DNA from: Enterococcus phage fHoEfa03
Sequence record: PV296018.1
Length of the DNA stretch: 41,011 bases
Direction: 5' to 3' (one strand)
The notes below the pieces were generated by a model, which made no database searches, was not told the DNA's origin, and was given only the letters and a program-made list of their open reading frames with translations. Below, one piece after another: positions 16,411-24,995 of the stretch (position 1 is the first letter of the stretch; the number at the start of each line of letters is the position of its first letter). The translations under genes were made by a program, and so were the position numbers.

Positions 16411-18765
16411 ATGGATTTTTATATTACAGACCGTGAGTTCAGACTAGAAACAGTTATAAGTACAGACGGTGATACATTATTCAAAGTAATTTCTGCACAG
16501 GACGTTTCCACGCTTGAAACGTCCTCGCGTAGAATGTCAATGGATATTAGCTTCACACCAGAAACAACAGGATTGGCAAAAGACTTTTTCAAGGTAGGTA
16601 ACTACGTTTTATACATTGACCTTAATGGTAAACATGAGTGGATGACCATTTTAAAATCAACACACAATCCACTTACACAGATTAGAACATTAGAATGTGA
16701 AGATGCTGGACTAGACTTATTAAATGAAACAGTAAGTGACTACAAAGCAGACAAAGCATATAATGTTGCGCATTACATTGAACGCTTTACGTATGACAGT
16801 GGTTTCAAGATTGGTGTAAATGAAATTTCAAAACTAACACGCAAACTTGAATGGGAAGGTGAAGCAACAGCATTAGAGCGTATCCAATCAGTTGCAACAC
16901 AATTTGACAATGCAGAAATAGAGTTTAGATTTGAATTTATTGGAAACCAACTAAGTCAACCTTATATTGATATTAAGAAAAAACGTGGTACAACTGATTT
17001 TCACAGAATGTTTGTGAATAAAGACATTCATTCAATTGTAGTTGAAGAAGATATATACCAACTTGTGAATGCTATCTATGCAACAGGTGGTACAGAAGAA
17101 GGTAAGGACCAACCAATTAACTTAAAAGGGTATAACTGGAAAGACCCAGAAGGTCGCTTTGTGTTGAATAAGACAGATGGTATCATACGTGATACACAGA
17201 ACATCAAACAATGGTCAAGAGATAATACTAACTCACATTACTTCTTACAACACAAGCAGTGGGAAACAACAAACAAGAATACACTTATAAACAACGTGGT
17301 TTCACACCTTAAAAAGTACAGTCAACCAGTGACAAATTACATTGTTGACATTGCCAATATTCCAGACATGTTACAAGTAGGTGATACTGTTGAATTAGTT
17401 GATGAAAACGAAAAACTATATCTTAGTTCACGTGTTCAAGAATTGACATTTAACTATGAATCAAACAGTTGTGAAGCGGTATTATCTGATTTCGTGCGTT
17501 TAGAATCTGGAATTGCTGAACAATTAAGAGAGATACAAATTAATCTAAATAATAAAACAGAACAAATGTTCAATAGTGTACCGCAAGTATTTGTACAGCC
17601 AGAACAACCAGAAGCACCAAAGGAAAACGATATATGGTGGGTTCAACAAAGCATAGAATATAGAGATATGACAACAGAGGGTGAACTAGTTAGAGTTGAT
17701 ACAGGAGAAGTAATGGTATCAGCCTACAAGGTGTTTAAAGATGGTCAGTGGCAAGACCAGACAATTGACCAGTCTATCCTAAACATTGAAACATTGAACG
17801 CTGTTAAAATCAATAGTTCAACAATCAATGGGTCTAAGTTTATCAATACTTGGAATACTAAGGAAAATATAGATGGTGGGATTGTTCGTAGACAAGGAGT
17901 TAATACCGTTGGTGAAGGTGAGATACTACAAGATAATGACACCTATATTATACCAACTGGTTCAACAATTGAAAAACTGCGGTCAGAAGAAACAACACTA
18001 ATTAAGTATGGTGAAATACTTAATACAATTAATAAGTATGATAACGCAACAGGTACAAAGATAGAAAGAAAAGCCAACGGGTTAATATCAGCAAACAGAG
18101 TGTACCTAAATGAACTTGATTATACTGTGGCAAACGTTGAAACAAACCAACAGGTAACACTAGAACCTAGAGGTCTTAGCTTTGTAACAACAACCAAGGA
18201 AGGTAGCAACCCAGCAGTATTGACAGGAACCACAGAGCTTACAGGCGGTCTAATAAAAGTTAATGGTCACAGCCCAAATATTTCAGCATGGGGCGAAGGT
18301 ACAAACATTACTAACGCAAAGAGTGGTAATCTATTCAAGTTTGGAAATCTGGTTGCACTTGGTTTTAATACTGACATTAAAGCATTAAACGGACTAGTTC
18401 AGAAGAATCAGGCTAATGACGCATTCCAAGCACAGCGTGACGCAAAAATTAAGTTTCAAGCAACAGTTCTATTTCAAGGTGATAATGCTAGCACATCATC
18501 AGACTATGCCTATTGTAAAATGCAAGTAAAAGATACCTACAATGAATTAAAGTCAACCAGTGGTGGTGTTTTGATAGCTTCAGCAATTGGTACTGGTACA
18601 CAAGACGCAATCAAACTTCAGTGGCTTGGTACTGCAACAGTTGTAATTGATGTGAAAGCTGGTCAATGGTTTGGTTGCGTACTAGAATTACGAGCAAGTA
18701 GAAATAATCTGTTTGCAATGCGTTTAGTAAACGTACAGATAGAAGAATTATTCCCAGTTGCATAA
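16411..18765 (+). CDS. Tail-associated lysin / tail tip protein (Tal), probably also the receptor-binding component.
   Basis: 784 aa. N-terminal MDFYITDREFRLETVISTDGDTLF region typical of the Tal N-terminal structural domain. No separate RBP gene lies before the lysis cassette. Confidence 0.65.
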   Translation: MDFYITDREFRLETVISTDGDTLFKVISAQDVSTLETSSRRMSMDISFTPETTGLAKDFFKVGNYVLYIDLNGKHEWMTILKSTHNPLTQIRTLECEDAGLDLLNETVSDYKADKAYNVAHYIERFTYDSGFKIGVNEISKLTRKLEWEGEATALERIQSVATQFDNAEIEFRFEFIGNQLSQPYIDIKKKRGTTDFHRMFVNKDIHSIVVEEDIYQLVNAIYATGGTEEGKDQPINLKGYNWKDPEGRFVLNKTDGIIRDTQNIKQWSRDNTNSHYFLQHKQWETTNKNTLINNVVSHLKKYSQPVTNYIVDIANIPDMLQVGDTVELVDENEKLYLSSRVQELTFNYESNSCEAVLSDFVRLESGIAEQLREIQINLNNKTEQMFNSVPQVFVQPEQPEAPKENDIWWVQQSIEYRDMTTEGELVRVDTGEVMVSAYKVFKDGQWQDQTIDQSILNIETLNAVKINSSTINGSKFINTWNTKENIDGGIVRRQGVNTVGEGEILQDNDTYIIPTGSTIEKLRSEETTLIKYGEILNTINKYDNATGTKIERKANGLISANRVYLNELDYTVANVETNQQVTLEPRGLSFVTTTKEGSNPAVLTGTTELTGGLIKVNGHSPNISAWGEGTNITNAKSGNLFKFGNLVALGFNTDIKALNGLVQKNQANDAFQAQRDAKIKFQATVLFQGDNASTSSDYAYCKMQVKDTYNELKSTSGGVLIASAIGTGTQDAIKLQWLGTATVVIDVKAGQWFGCVLELRASRNNLFAMRLVNVQIEELFPVA

Positions 18766-18770
18766 TATAA

Positions 18771-18798
18771 AACACCTCTTTTCAGGGGTGTTTTTATT
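18771..18798 (+). terminator. Intrinsic terminator after tal.
   Basis: aacacctcttttcaggggtgttttt. Confidence 0.6.
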
Positions 18799-18860
18799 TG
18801 CTTTTAAATGGATAATCACCCACATTGGCGACTGAAAAACGCTTAGAATGCTCCTATGAA
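18785..18860. repeat. 76-nt direct repeat copy A (terminator tail, TTTATTTGCTTTTAAATGGATAATCACC, then CGCTTAGAATGCTCCTATGAA) upstream of the lysis cassette.
   Basis: ~80% identical to 20558-20633 downstream of the endolysin. Confidence 0.6.
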
Positions 18861-18892
18861 GCACACCATTTCCCCTATTTAAGTGATATACT
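18861..18892 (+). promoter_or_regulatory. Late promoter variant (GCACACCATTT box, then TGATATACTATAAT) in front of the lysis genes.
   Basis: Aligns with the capsid promoter acacccacaagttcccttgttcgTGATATACTAT. Confidence 0.45.
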
Positions 18893-18943
18893 ATAATAGT
18901 AGCTGAAAGGCGGTGGTTTACTATAAAATAAGGAGATGCTAAC

Positions 18944-19189
18944 ATGGAAGAAAAGGACTTTATGGAAATAAAAGTACAACTGGCAAGAATTGAATCAAGC
19001 TTAGAAGGTATTCCAGAATTGAAAAATGAGTTAAAGGCTAACAATCATTTACTAAGTGAAACACATCACCGTTCAATTCAAAATGAGAAAGACATTGCTA
19101 GTATAAATGACCGCTTGAAATGGTTATCACGTACTGTAGGTAGCGCAATTATTGTAGCTGTCATTGGTGCGATTATTACATTATTATAA
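18944..19189 (+). CDS. XhlA-like lysis-associated membrane protein (coiled-coil N-terminus, single C-terminal TM).
   Basis: 81 aa. C-terminal WLSRTVGSAIIVAVIGAIITLL. First gene of the lysis cassette. Confidence 0.5.
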   Translation: MEEKDFMEIKVQLARIESSLEGIPELKNELKANNHLLSETHHRSIQNEKDIASINDRLKWLSRTVGSAIIVAVIGAIITLL

Positions 19190-19203
19190 GGAGAGTGTAA
19201 AAG

Positions 19204-19437
19204 ATGGATTGGAAAACACGTATCAAAAACAAAGCCTTCTGGATTGCTTTAATTCCAGCGGTAATTGTTCTGATTCAAGTTGTGGGTAACATTTTTGGAT
19301 TGGACTTATCAAACCTAACTGGTTTGAGCCAACAACTAATTGACGTTGTTAATGCGGTATTCGTTGTGTTAAGTATTTTAGGAGTAGTTATAGACCCAAC
19401 CACAAAAGGTATTAAAGACAATAAGGAGGATAAATAA
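19204..19437 (+). CDS. Holin (two TM helices).
   Basis: 77 aa. Two hydrophobic helices and a charged C-terminus (KDNKEDK). Immediately upstream of the endolysin. Confidence 0.65.
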   Translation: MDWKTRIKNKAFWIALIPAVIVLIQVVGNIFGLDLSNLTGLSQQLIDVVNAVFVVLSILGVVIDPTTKGIKDNKEDK

Positions 19438-19439
19438 GT

Positions 19440-20537
19440 ATGAAATTAAAAGGTATTTTATTTGGTGCATTAGCAACCATTGGTTTGTTTGCTGGAATGC
19501 AAACAGCTAACGCATATGAAGTTAATAACGAGTTTAATTTAAGCCCTTGGGAAGGTTCAGGACAGGTTGCAGTACCTAATAAGATTATCTTACATGAAAC
19601 TGCTAACGAACGTGCCACAGGACGAAATGAAGCAACGTACATGAAAAACAACTGGTTTAATGCTCATACAACAGCTATCGTTGGTGATGGTGGTATTGTT
19701 TATAAGATTGCACCAGAAGGTAACATCTCATGGGGAGCTGGTAATGCAAACCCATACGCACCTATTCAAATTGAGTTGCAACATACACATGATAAGGAAT
19801 TGTTCAAAAAGAACTATAAAGCATACATTGATTATACAAGGGACATGGGTAAAAAGTTTGGTATTCCTATGACACTTGACCAAGGTTCTTCTGTTTGGGA
19901 AAAAGGTGTTATATCTCATAAATGGGTATCAGATTATGTCTGGGGAGACCACACAGACCCATATGGTTACTTAGCAGAAATGGGAATCAGTAAAGCGCAA
20001 CTTGCTAAAGACTTAGCTAATGGGCTATCTGGTGAATCAGTAAAACCAACACCAAGCAAACCAAAGACATTCAAAAAAGGACAAAACGTTTACATTTATA
20101 ACGGTCACAAATCACACAATGGACCAGTGGTACCATTCGTAGCTGGTGCAAGTCTTTGGACCCAAGTTGGTACAATTACAGAAGTGAAACAAGGTACAGT
20201 CAATCCGTATAAGATTGAAAACACTGGTAAATTTGTAACATATGCTAACGCTGGCGACTTAGAGGACCTTAACACTAAGTTCCCGCCAAAACCAAGTAAA
20301 CCAGTTAATCAGTTTACAATTGGTGTTGACGCTATTGTTTTACGTAGTGGACGACCAAGCGTATATGCCCCAGTATACGGAACATGGAAACAAGGTGCAG
20401 TATTCAAGTATGATGAAATAACAGTTGGTGACGGTTATGTATGGATTGGTGGAACAGACACTAATGGTACACGTATTTACTTACCAATTGGACCAAATGA
20501 CGGAGACCCAAACAACACGTGGGGCACATTAGTATAA
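19440..20537 (+). CDS. Endolysin: N-acetylmuramoyl-L-alanine amidase (Amidase_2 / PGRP-type) with an N-terminal signal peptide and two C-terminal SH3b-type cell-wall-binding repeats.
   Basis: MKLKGILFGALATIGLFAGMQTANA is a Sec-type signal peptide. Amidase_2-like core ILHETANERATGRNEATYMKNNW...GAGNANPYAPIQIELQH. Two ~65-aa repeats follow. Confidence 0.8.
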   Translation: MKLKGILFGALATIGLFAGMQTANAYEVNNEFNLSPWEGSGQVAVPNKIILHETANERATGRNEATYMKNNWFNAHTTAIVGDGGIVYKIAPEGNISWGAGNANPYAPIQIELQHTHDKELFKKNYKAYIDYTRDMGKKFGIPMTLDQGSSVWEKGVISHKWVSDYVWGDHTDPYGYLAEMGISKAQLAKDLANGLSGESVKPTPSKPKTFKKGQNVYIYNGHKSHNGPVVPFVAGASLWTQVGTITEVKQGTVNPYKIENTGKFVTYANAGDLEDLNTKFPPKPSKPVNQFTIGVDAIVLRSGRPSVYAPVYGTWKQGAVFKYDEITVGDGYVWIGGTDTNGTRIYLPIGPNDGDPNNTWGTLV

Positions 20538-20540
20538 AAC

Positions 20541-20573
20541 AAAAAGACACCCTATATGGGGTGTCTTTATTTG
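20541..20573. terminator. Bidirectional-looking intrinsic terminator between the late and early operons (agacaccc-tatatg-gggtgtct, A-run before, T-run after).
   Basis: Perfect 8-bp stem. Located at the convergence of the + late and - early transcription units. Confidence 0.65.
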
Positions 20574-20633
20574 CGTTTTAATGTATAATCACCTTACTTT
20601 GAATCTGAAACGCGCTTAGAATGCTCCTATGAA
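20558..20633. repeat. 76-nt direct repeat copy B (terminator tail, TTTATTTGCGTTTTAATGTATAATCACC, then CGCTTAGAATGCTCCTATGAA). Overlaps the 3' end of the nrdH-like gene.
   Basis: See copy A at 18785-18860. Confidence 0.6.
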
Positions 20634-20854
20634 ACAATGGTTTCTAAGATATTTGGAGCATATCCGCCAATTACAACAGGTTCATCATCTTTGAAAACCA
20701 CTGGTAAGGAACGCAATCCGCATTTCATTAGATATTCTAGTGCTGCTAAATCTTCATCTACATTAATTTCTTTATAGTTAACTCCTAACTGTTGTAGTTT
20801 ACGTTTTGTAAAACTACAAGATGCACAATTGTTTTTAGTATACACTGTAATCAT
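20627..20854 (-). CDS. NrdH-like glutaredoxin.
   Basis: 75 aa with a CxxC motif (YTKNNCASCSFTKRKL) in a thioredoxin-fold context. Confidence 0.6.
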   Translation of the reverse strand: MITVYTKNNCASCSFTKRKLQQLGVNYKEINVDEDLAALEYLMKCGLRSLPVVFKDDEPVVIGGYAPNILETIVS

Positions 20855-20865
20855 TTTAATTCCTC

Positions 20866-21396
20866 CTATTTATATTTAAATGAATATCCTTTATGTGTTT
20901 TTTGTTTACCAGCTAAACATAAGGATATTGATGATACTGACAACTCAAGCTCGTTAGCGCATTCTGTCATTGATTTAAATTCATAAGTCTTTTTATTTGA
21001 TATACAAAATATACCTATATTACGGTTACCCTGATTTGAATACTGCTCTTTATAGGTAGCCCACCTTAAGTTTTCAACTCTGTTATCAAATCTATCCCTG
21101 TTTATATGGTCTACTGTAGGTTTGTTTTCTGGGTTTGGTATGAATGCTTCTGCTACTAAGCGGTGTAAATATTCAATACGCTTTACATTGTTATATAATG
21201 TTATTTTCTTGTAACCATTTGCTACCTTACCGCTTAGTTCTTTTAACTTTAATAACTGTCCTTTCCTATTTAACCTAGGTAAGGAAAAAACCCTACCTAG
21301 GGATGTTATTACATAGTTACCATTAATAACATATTCTTCGTTAGTCAATGTAATTTTTGACATTAAGTTTTCTATATCCAAGTTTTTCTCTTTCAT
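20866..21396 (-). CDS. Free-standing HNH homing endonuclease (paralog of 492-1001 and 29649-30182).
   Basis: HRLVAEAFIPNPENKPTVDHINRDRFDNRVENLRWATYKEQ core. The longest ORF (to 21435) overlaps the polymerase 3' end, so the true start is probably the internal Met (21396 or 21363). Confidence 0.75.
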   Translation of the reverse strand: MKEKNLDIENLMSKITLTNEEYVINGNYVITSLGRVFSLPRLNRKGQLLKLKELSGKVANGYKKITLYNNVKRIEYLHRLVAEAFIPNPENKPTVDHINRDRFDNRVENLRWATYKEQYSNQGNRNIGIFCISNKKTYEFKSMTECANELELSVSSISLCLAGKQKTHKGYSFKYK

Positions 21397-23632
21397 GATG
21401 TGCTTGTTCAACCCTTTCTTTGTAGTTTTCACCAAACCAAAGGACTAACGTGTCTTCTACCTGGTCAATATAGTATTGTTTGTCAATTTCATCAATGGTA
21501 ATACCTTCACCAATTGCTTCATTACTGATTGTGTAGTATTCTGGAGCGTTTGCCAATCCTTTTGTATATGAAATATTATCCTTAAATTCATCAGCTTCAA
21601 TATCTAATAATTGACCTTCTTTGACCTTAAACAATTCTACTGCATTAGTTTTGTCTTTTACTGCGAATACGCGGTTAACCTTTTGAGCATTGGTTTCATT
21701 ACCTTCAATGTCCCTTTTAATTGTTTTATCATAACTCCAGCCAGTTTTGGTAATAATTTGAAACTGTCTTACATCTTCACATTCTTCAATAAATTCTTTG
21801 TAGTCTTTACCAGCCACCAAATAGTTGATAAATGCATTTGAAACAACTGCTTTTGAAACTTTTAATCCACCAGTTAAACCAATAGCACCTTTAATTTTAA
21901 CCTTCCCATTTGGTTGTACTGCAATGTAGTTATTTACATCTTTTTGCCAAATTTCACGGAACATATCCTTATCTAATGTTAGCCCAATCTTGTTAGCAAA
22001 TTCATCTAATGCTTCATCAATAGCTTTATCATCTGCTTCACTGTTTGGAATATATGCGTGTGCGTCCGTATTTGATTGAATGAATTGTGCTTTACCTTTA
22101 ATTAATTCAAACATGTTTGTCATAATCAACTGACCTGTTGCACAAACCAAGAATTGGTTTCTTGGGTCATATAAACCATTAAACTGCGCACCACTGGCAC
22201 CAAACTTAGTGTTAAGCGGTAACTTGATACCGTTAATCATTACCCAAGTTGGTACCTTTACGCCTTTAATATCTGCTGTTTCTTCACCTGAATACTTAGC
22301 ATCCATGCGTTGTTTAAGTAAGTCACTATAGCGGTGAAGTTTATCTTTTGGAATGTTTCTTGATAGTAGGTTGAACTGAACCATTGTATTTGGATATAGT
22401 GAACCCCAGTCACGCATTGGGAATAATCCAATATGAATATAGCTAGGTACCGCACCGTGTACACCACCACTACCATAGACCATTTCATAACCATCTTCAG
22501 TAGTGTAGTTTAGTGACACGTTTAGTTTGCCTTTTTCGTTTAATTCAAATTCATGATTGAGATATGCGTCTGCAATCTCTTTTGTATTAATGTTTAATCG
22601 TTTATCTAACTCTAATGGGTCTGTCAAGTCTGGTCTAACTTCTTGTTTTGTTGCACCAAGTAACTTAGCTGTTAAGTTAGCATTGGTTTGTAATAAGTCT
22701 GTCTTATCCATGTCAAACATTAAAGCAATAGTTGCTTTAGCTAACAACATACTTATGTTTTGTTCAAAACGTTTTTCAGTTGCTAATACATCATTTTTAC
22801 AGTATGCAATGTTTTTCGCTTTTTCTTCCTCTGTCAATGGTCTATCCATATCAAAGTCTACTTCTGTTTCTTTAATGTTGATGCCTAAGAATGCTGAATG
22901 TTCTTTTAAGCTAAAACCTTTGTTATCTTGATATAGGTCCATACCAAAAAGTGGTGTTTTATGACTATCAAACATTTTGTAAACTAGACCTCTATTATCT
23001 GATTCAATAATTGCCTTAGACATCTGATAAGCATTTTTGCCTTGTAGATACCCACGCATTACATTGTTGTCATATGACGCATTATTATACCCAATAAACA
23101 TTGAATCACGGTATTCAAGGTAAAACTTGCGTAATTCGTCAAGGTTGTTATTAATGATAAACCATTCTTTGGTAAAGTAATCACGAAATACAAATAAACT
23201 GTCATGTTTAAAAATCTCAATATCAAATAATAAAATGGTTTGCTTTGTTAATGGTTCACTTGGTTTAAATGGTACAACATTACCACTTGAAATACTTCTG
23301 ATTGGTTTTACTGTAGCAAAACCATTACTGAACTTCAAATCAATCAATAAACGGTCACCAACTTCAACATTTTTCCATTTATCCCAGTCATATTTGCGAA
23401 ACTTCATGATATAGCTTGTAACGTCCCTACCATCTTCTAATGAACGCATTTTAACTACCTTCATTTCTTTTCCTTTTGCTGATAACTTTTTGGTAGATTC
23501 AATGACAACCACATCATGTTGACCAGCTCGCATAGGGTCAAGACTTCGTGAATTACCTTTTAGCTTACTGAATACTTCCAATAGTTTTTCAGCTAGTTTT
23601 GGTGCTTCTTTAAATTCTGCAATATTTTTCAT
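21341..23632 (-). CDS. Family B DNA polymerase.
   Basis: Exo I LLFDIEIF (DxE). Exo III-like YCKNDV. Motif A DWGSLYPNTM (DxxSLYPS). Motif B-like KFGASGAQFNGLY. Motif C-like SNTDAH. Confidence 0.8.
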   Translation of the reverse strand: MKNIAEFKEAPKLAEKLLEVFSKLKGNSRSLDPMRAGQHDVVVIESTKKLSAKGKEMKVVKMRSLEDGRDVTSYIMKFRKYDWDKWKNVEVGDRLLIDLKFSNGFATVKPIRSISSGNVVPFKPSEPLTKQTILLFDIEIFKHDSLFVFRDYFTKEWFIINNNLDELRKFYLEYRDSMFIGYNNASYDNNVMRGYLQGKNAYQMSKAIIESDNRGLVYKMFDSHKTPLFGMDLYQDNKGFSLKEHSAFLGINIKETEVDFDMDRPLTEEEKAKNIAYCKNDVLATEKRFEQNISMLLAKATIALMFDMDKTDLLQTNANLTAKLLGATKQEVRPDLTDPLELDKRLNINTKEIADAYLNHEFELNEKGKLNVSLNYTTEDGYEMVYGSGGVHGAVPSYIHIGLFPMRDWGSLYPNTMVQFNLLSRNIPKDKLHRYSDLLKQRMDAKYSGEETADIKGVKVPTWVMINGIKLPLNTKFGASGAQFNGLYDPRNQFLVCATGQLIMTNMFELIKGKAQFIQSNTDAHAYIPNSEADDKAIDEALDEFANKIGLTLDKDMFREIWQKDVNNYIAVQPNGKVKIKGAIGLTGGLKVSKAVVSNAFINYLVAGKDYKEFIEECEDVRQFQIITKTGWSYDKTIKRDIEGNETNAQKVNRVFAVKDKTNAVELFKVKEGQLLDIEADEFKDNISYTKGLANAPEYYTISNEAIGEGITIDEIDKQYYIDQVEDTLVLWFGENYKERVEQAHHEREKLGYRKLNVKNYID

Positions 23633-23666
23633 GTGTTAATTCCTCCAATTTGTTTATACTACTATC

Positions 23667-23897
23667 TTACTTTATTAATGTGATTCTGTCAAGTGTTTTT
23701 GTTGCTAATTTCAACTCACGTTGTAAGAACCCTTCTGTAGCACCATTTGCAAATCTACAGATAAGTTCTACACCATCTACTGGCTTAAACAGTTTAGCTA
23801 ATATATATACTTTATCACCTTTGTTACCAATACCGTTGTGGTTATCGTTTTTAAGTTCTACATAATTACCTACATTAAATGTGTTTTTCATTGTCAT
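23667..23897 (-). CDS. Hypothetical protein (76 aa).
   Basis: ORF with an AGGAGG RBS. No recognisable motif. Confidence 0.45.
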   Translation of the reverse strand: MTMKNTFNVGNYVELKNDNHNGIGNKGDKVYILAKLFKPVDGVELICRFANGATEGFLQRELKLATKTLDRITLIK

Positions 23898-23961
23898 TAC
23901 CTCCTATATGTATATAATAACAAAACCCCTAACATAAGTCAAGGGTTTTGTTTGTTTATTT

Positions 23962-24669
23962 TTAGAATGGTAAATCATCAGCTGTAATGTCAATTGAGTG
24001 ATAAACTTCTTCAACTGGTTTTTGTTCTGGTTGGTCCTCTGGGTCAAGAGGTAATGCTTCTAACCAACCAACGTTGCTTGTTGGGTCTAATTGATTTTTA
24101 TTAACTGTAACATCAACAACCATTCCAACCGCTTTTTCTGCTGTTTCCCATTCCACACCTACATCTTCAAATAGTTCGTTGAATCGCGCTTTTGCTTTTC
24201 CAAGTTTAGCCATGTTAGGAATGAACATTTCTTTTTTAGCAACCCATACCCCTGTGTTGAAGTTGAATGCGTAGTGCTTACCTTTATGTTCAATAACTAC
24301 TGAACGTCCTTTAGGTGAATCTTGAATTGCAACAATAGGTGCTTTCTTAATACGTTTTAAGCTAACCAGTGGTTTCTCAATTTTGATAAAACCGGAGCCT
24401 TCTGTAAAGTATGCTTTACCTGTTTGTTCATCAACGTATAACTCAATAGTGTTATCTTCTTCAAATGAGCCACCAGCAACTTCTAGTGCTTCATTATATT
24501 TTTTCATAGCTTCTTCTGAATCTTCCCATTTTTCAGTATCTTTGTTGTATTGCTGTTTGTATGCTACTGCATCAAACATTGCTGAATAATCTTCTTTTGC
24601 AACTTGTAACTTAGTTGAAATTTCTGAATCCTCTACACTCACGATAACTAATTTTTGTAATTCTGACAT
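23962..24669 (-). CDS. SSB-like / ssDNA-binding-type replication protein with an SSB-style acidic C-terminal tail (...ADDLPF).
   Basis: The C-terminus SIDITADDLPF mimics the bacterial SSB partner-binding tail (DDDIPF). Sits in the replication module next to the polymerase. The fold is not assignable by eye. Confidence 0.45.
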   Translation of the reverse strand: MSELQKLVIVSVEDSEISTKLQVAKEDYSAMFDAVAYKQQYNKDTEKWEDSEEAMKKYNEALEVAGGSFEEDNTIELYVDEQTGKAYFTEGSGFIKIEKPLVSLKRIKKAPIVAIQDSPKGRSVVIEHKGKHYAFNFNTGVWVAKKEMFIPNMAKLGKAKARFNELFEDVGVEWETAEKAVGMVVDVTVNKNQLDPTSNVGWLEALPLDPEDQPEQKPVEEVYHSIDITADDLPF

Positions 24670-24746
24670 AATAAAATTCCTCCAATAATTTGTTTTTATT
24701 TTTTACTACTTAAATAGTATAACATACTTTCCCTAACTTGTGTAGG

Positions 24747-24995
24747 TTATTTACCTAAAATAATATAACGCTTATTGTAATTAATGAAAATATTAATAGG
24801 TTTACCACCCAGTTCATGTACGCTACCTTTTAATGTGTATTCATTTTCATTTTTAGTAATTGTAAAATCATCTAAATAGTATCCTACATCATCAATCTTT
24901 ACCCAACTACTTACATACGTTGAAATACCAAAAACAACTTCTGATTTCGTTTTTCCATCTAATGTGTGTATATTCCACATTGGTAATTCTTTCAT
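24747..24995 (-). CDS. Hypothetical protein (82 aa).
   Basis: ORF translationally coupled to the upstream gene. Confidence 0.45.
   Translation of the reverse strand: MKELPMWNIHTLDGKTKSEVVFGISTYVSSWVKIDDVGYYLDDFTITKNENEYTLKGSVHELGGKPINIFINYNKRYIILGK

Noticed and set aside
21341-23632. Protein-primed (phi29-type) replication suggested by the relatively short family B polymerase.
   Set aside because: The genome also encodes a PrimPol-type primase, a D5 helicase and cos-type packaging functions. No terminal-protein gene or inverted terminal repeats were seen, so RNA- or DNA-primed replication is more likely.
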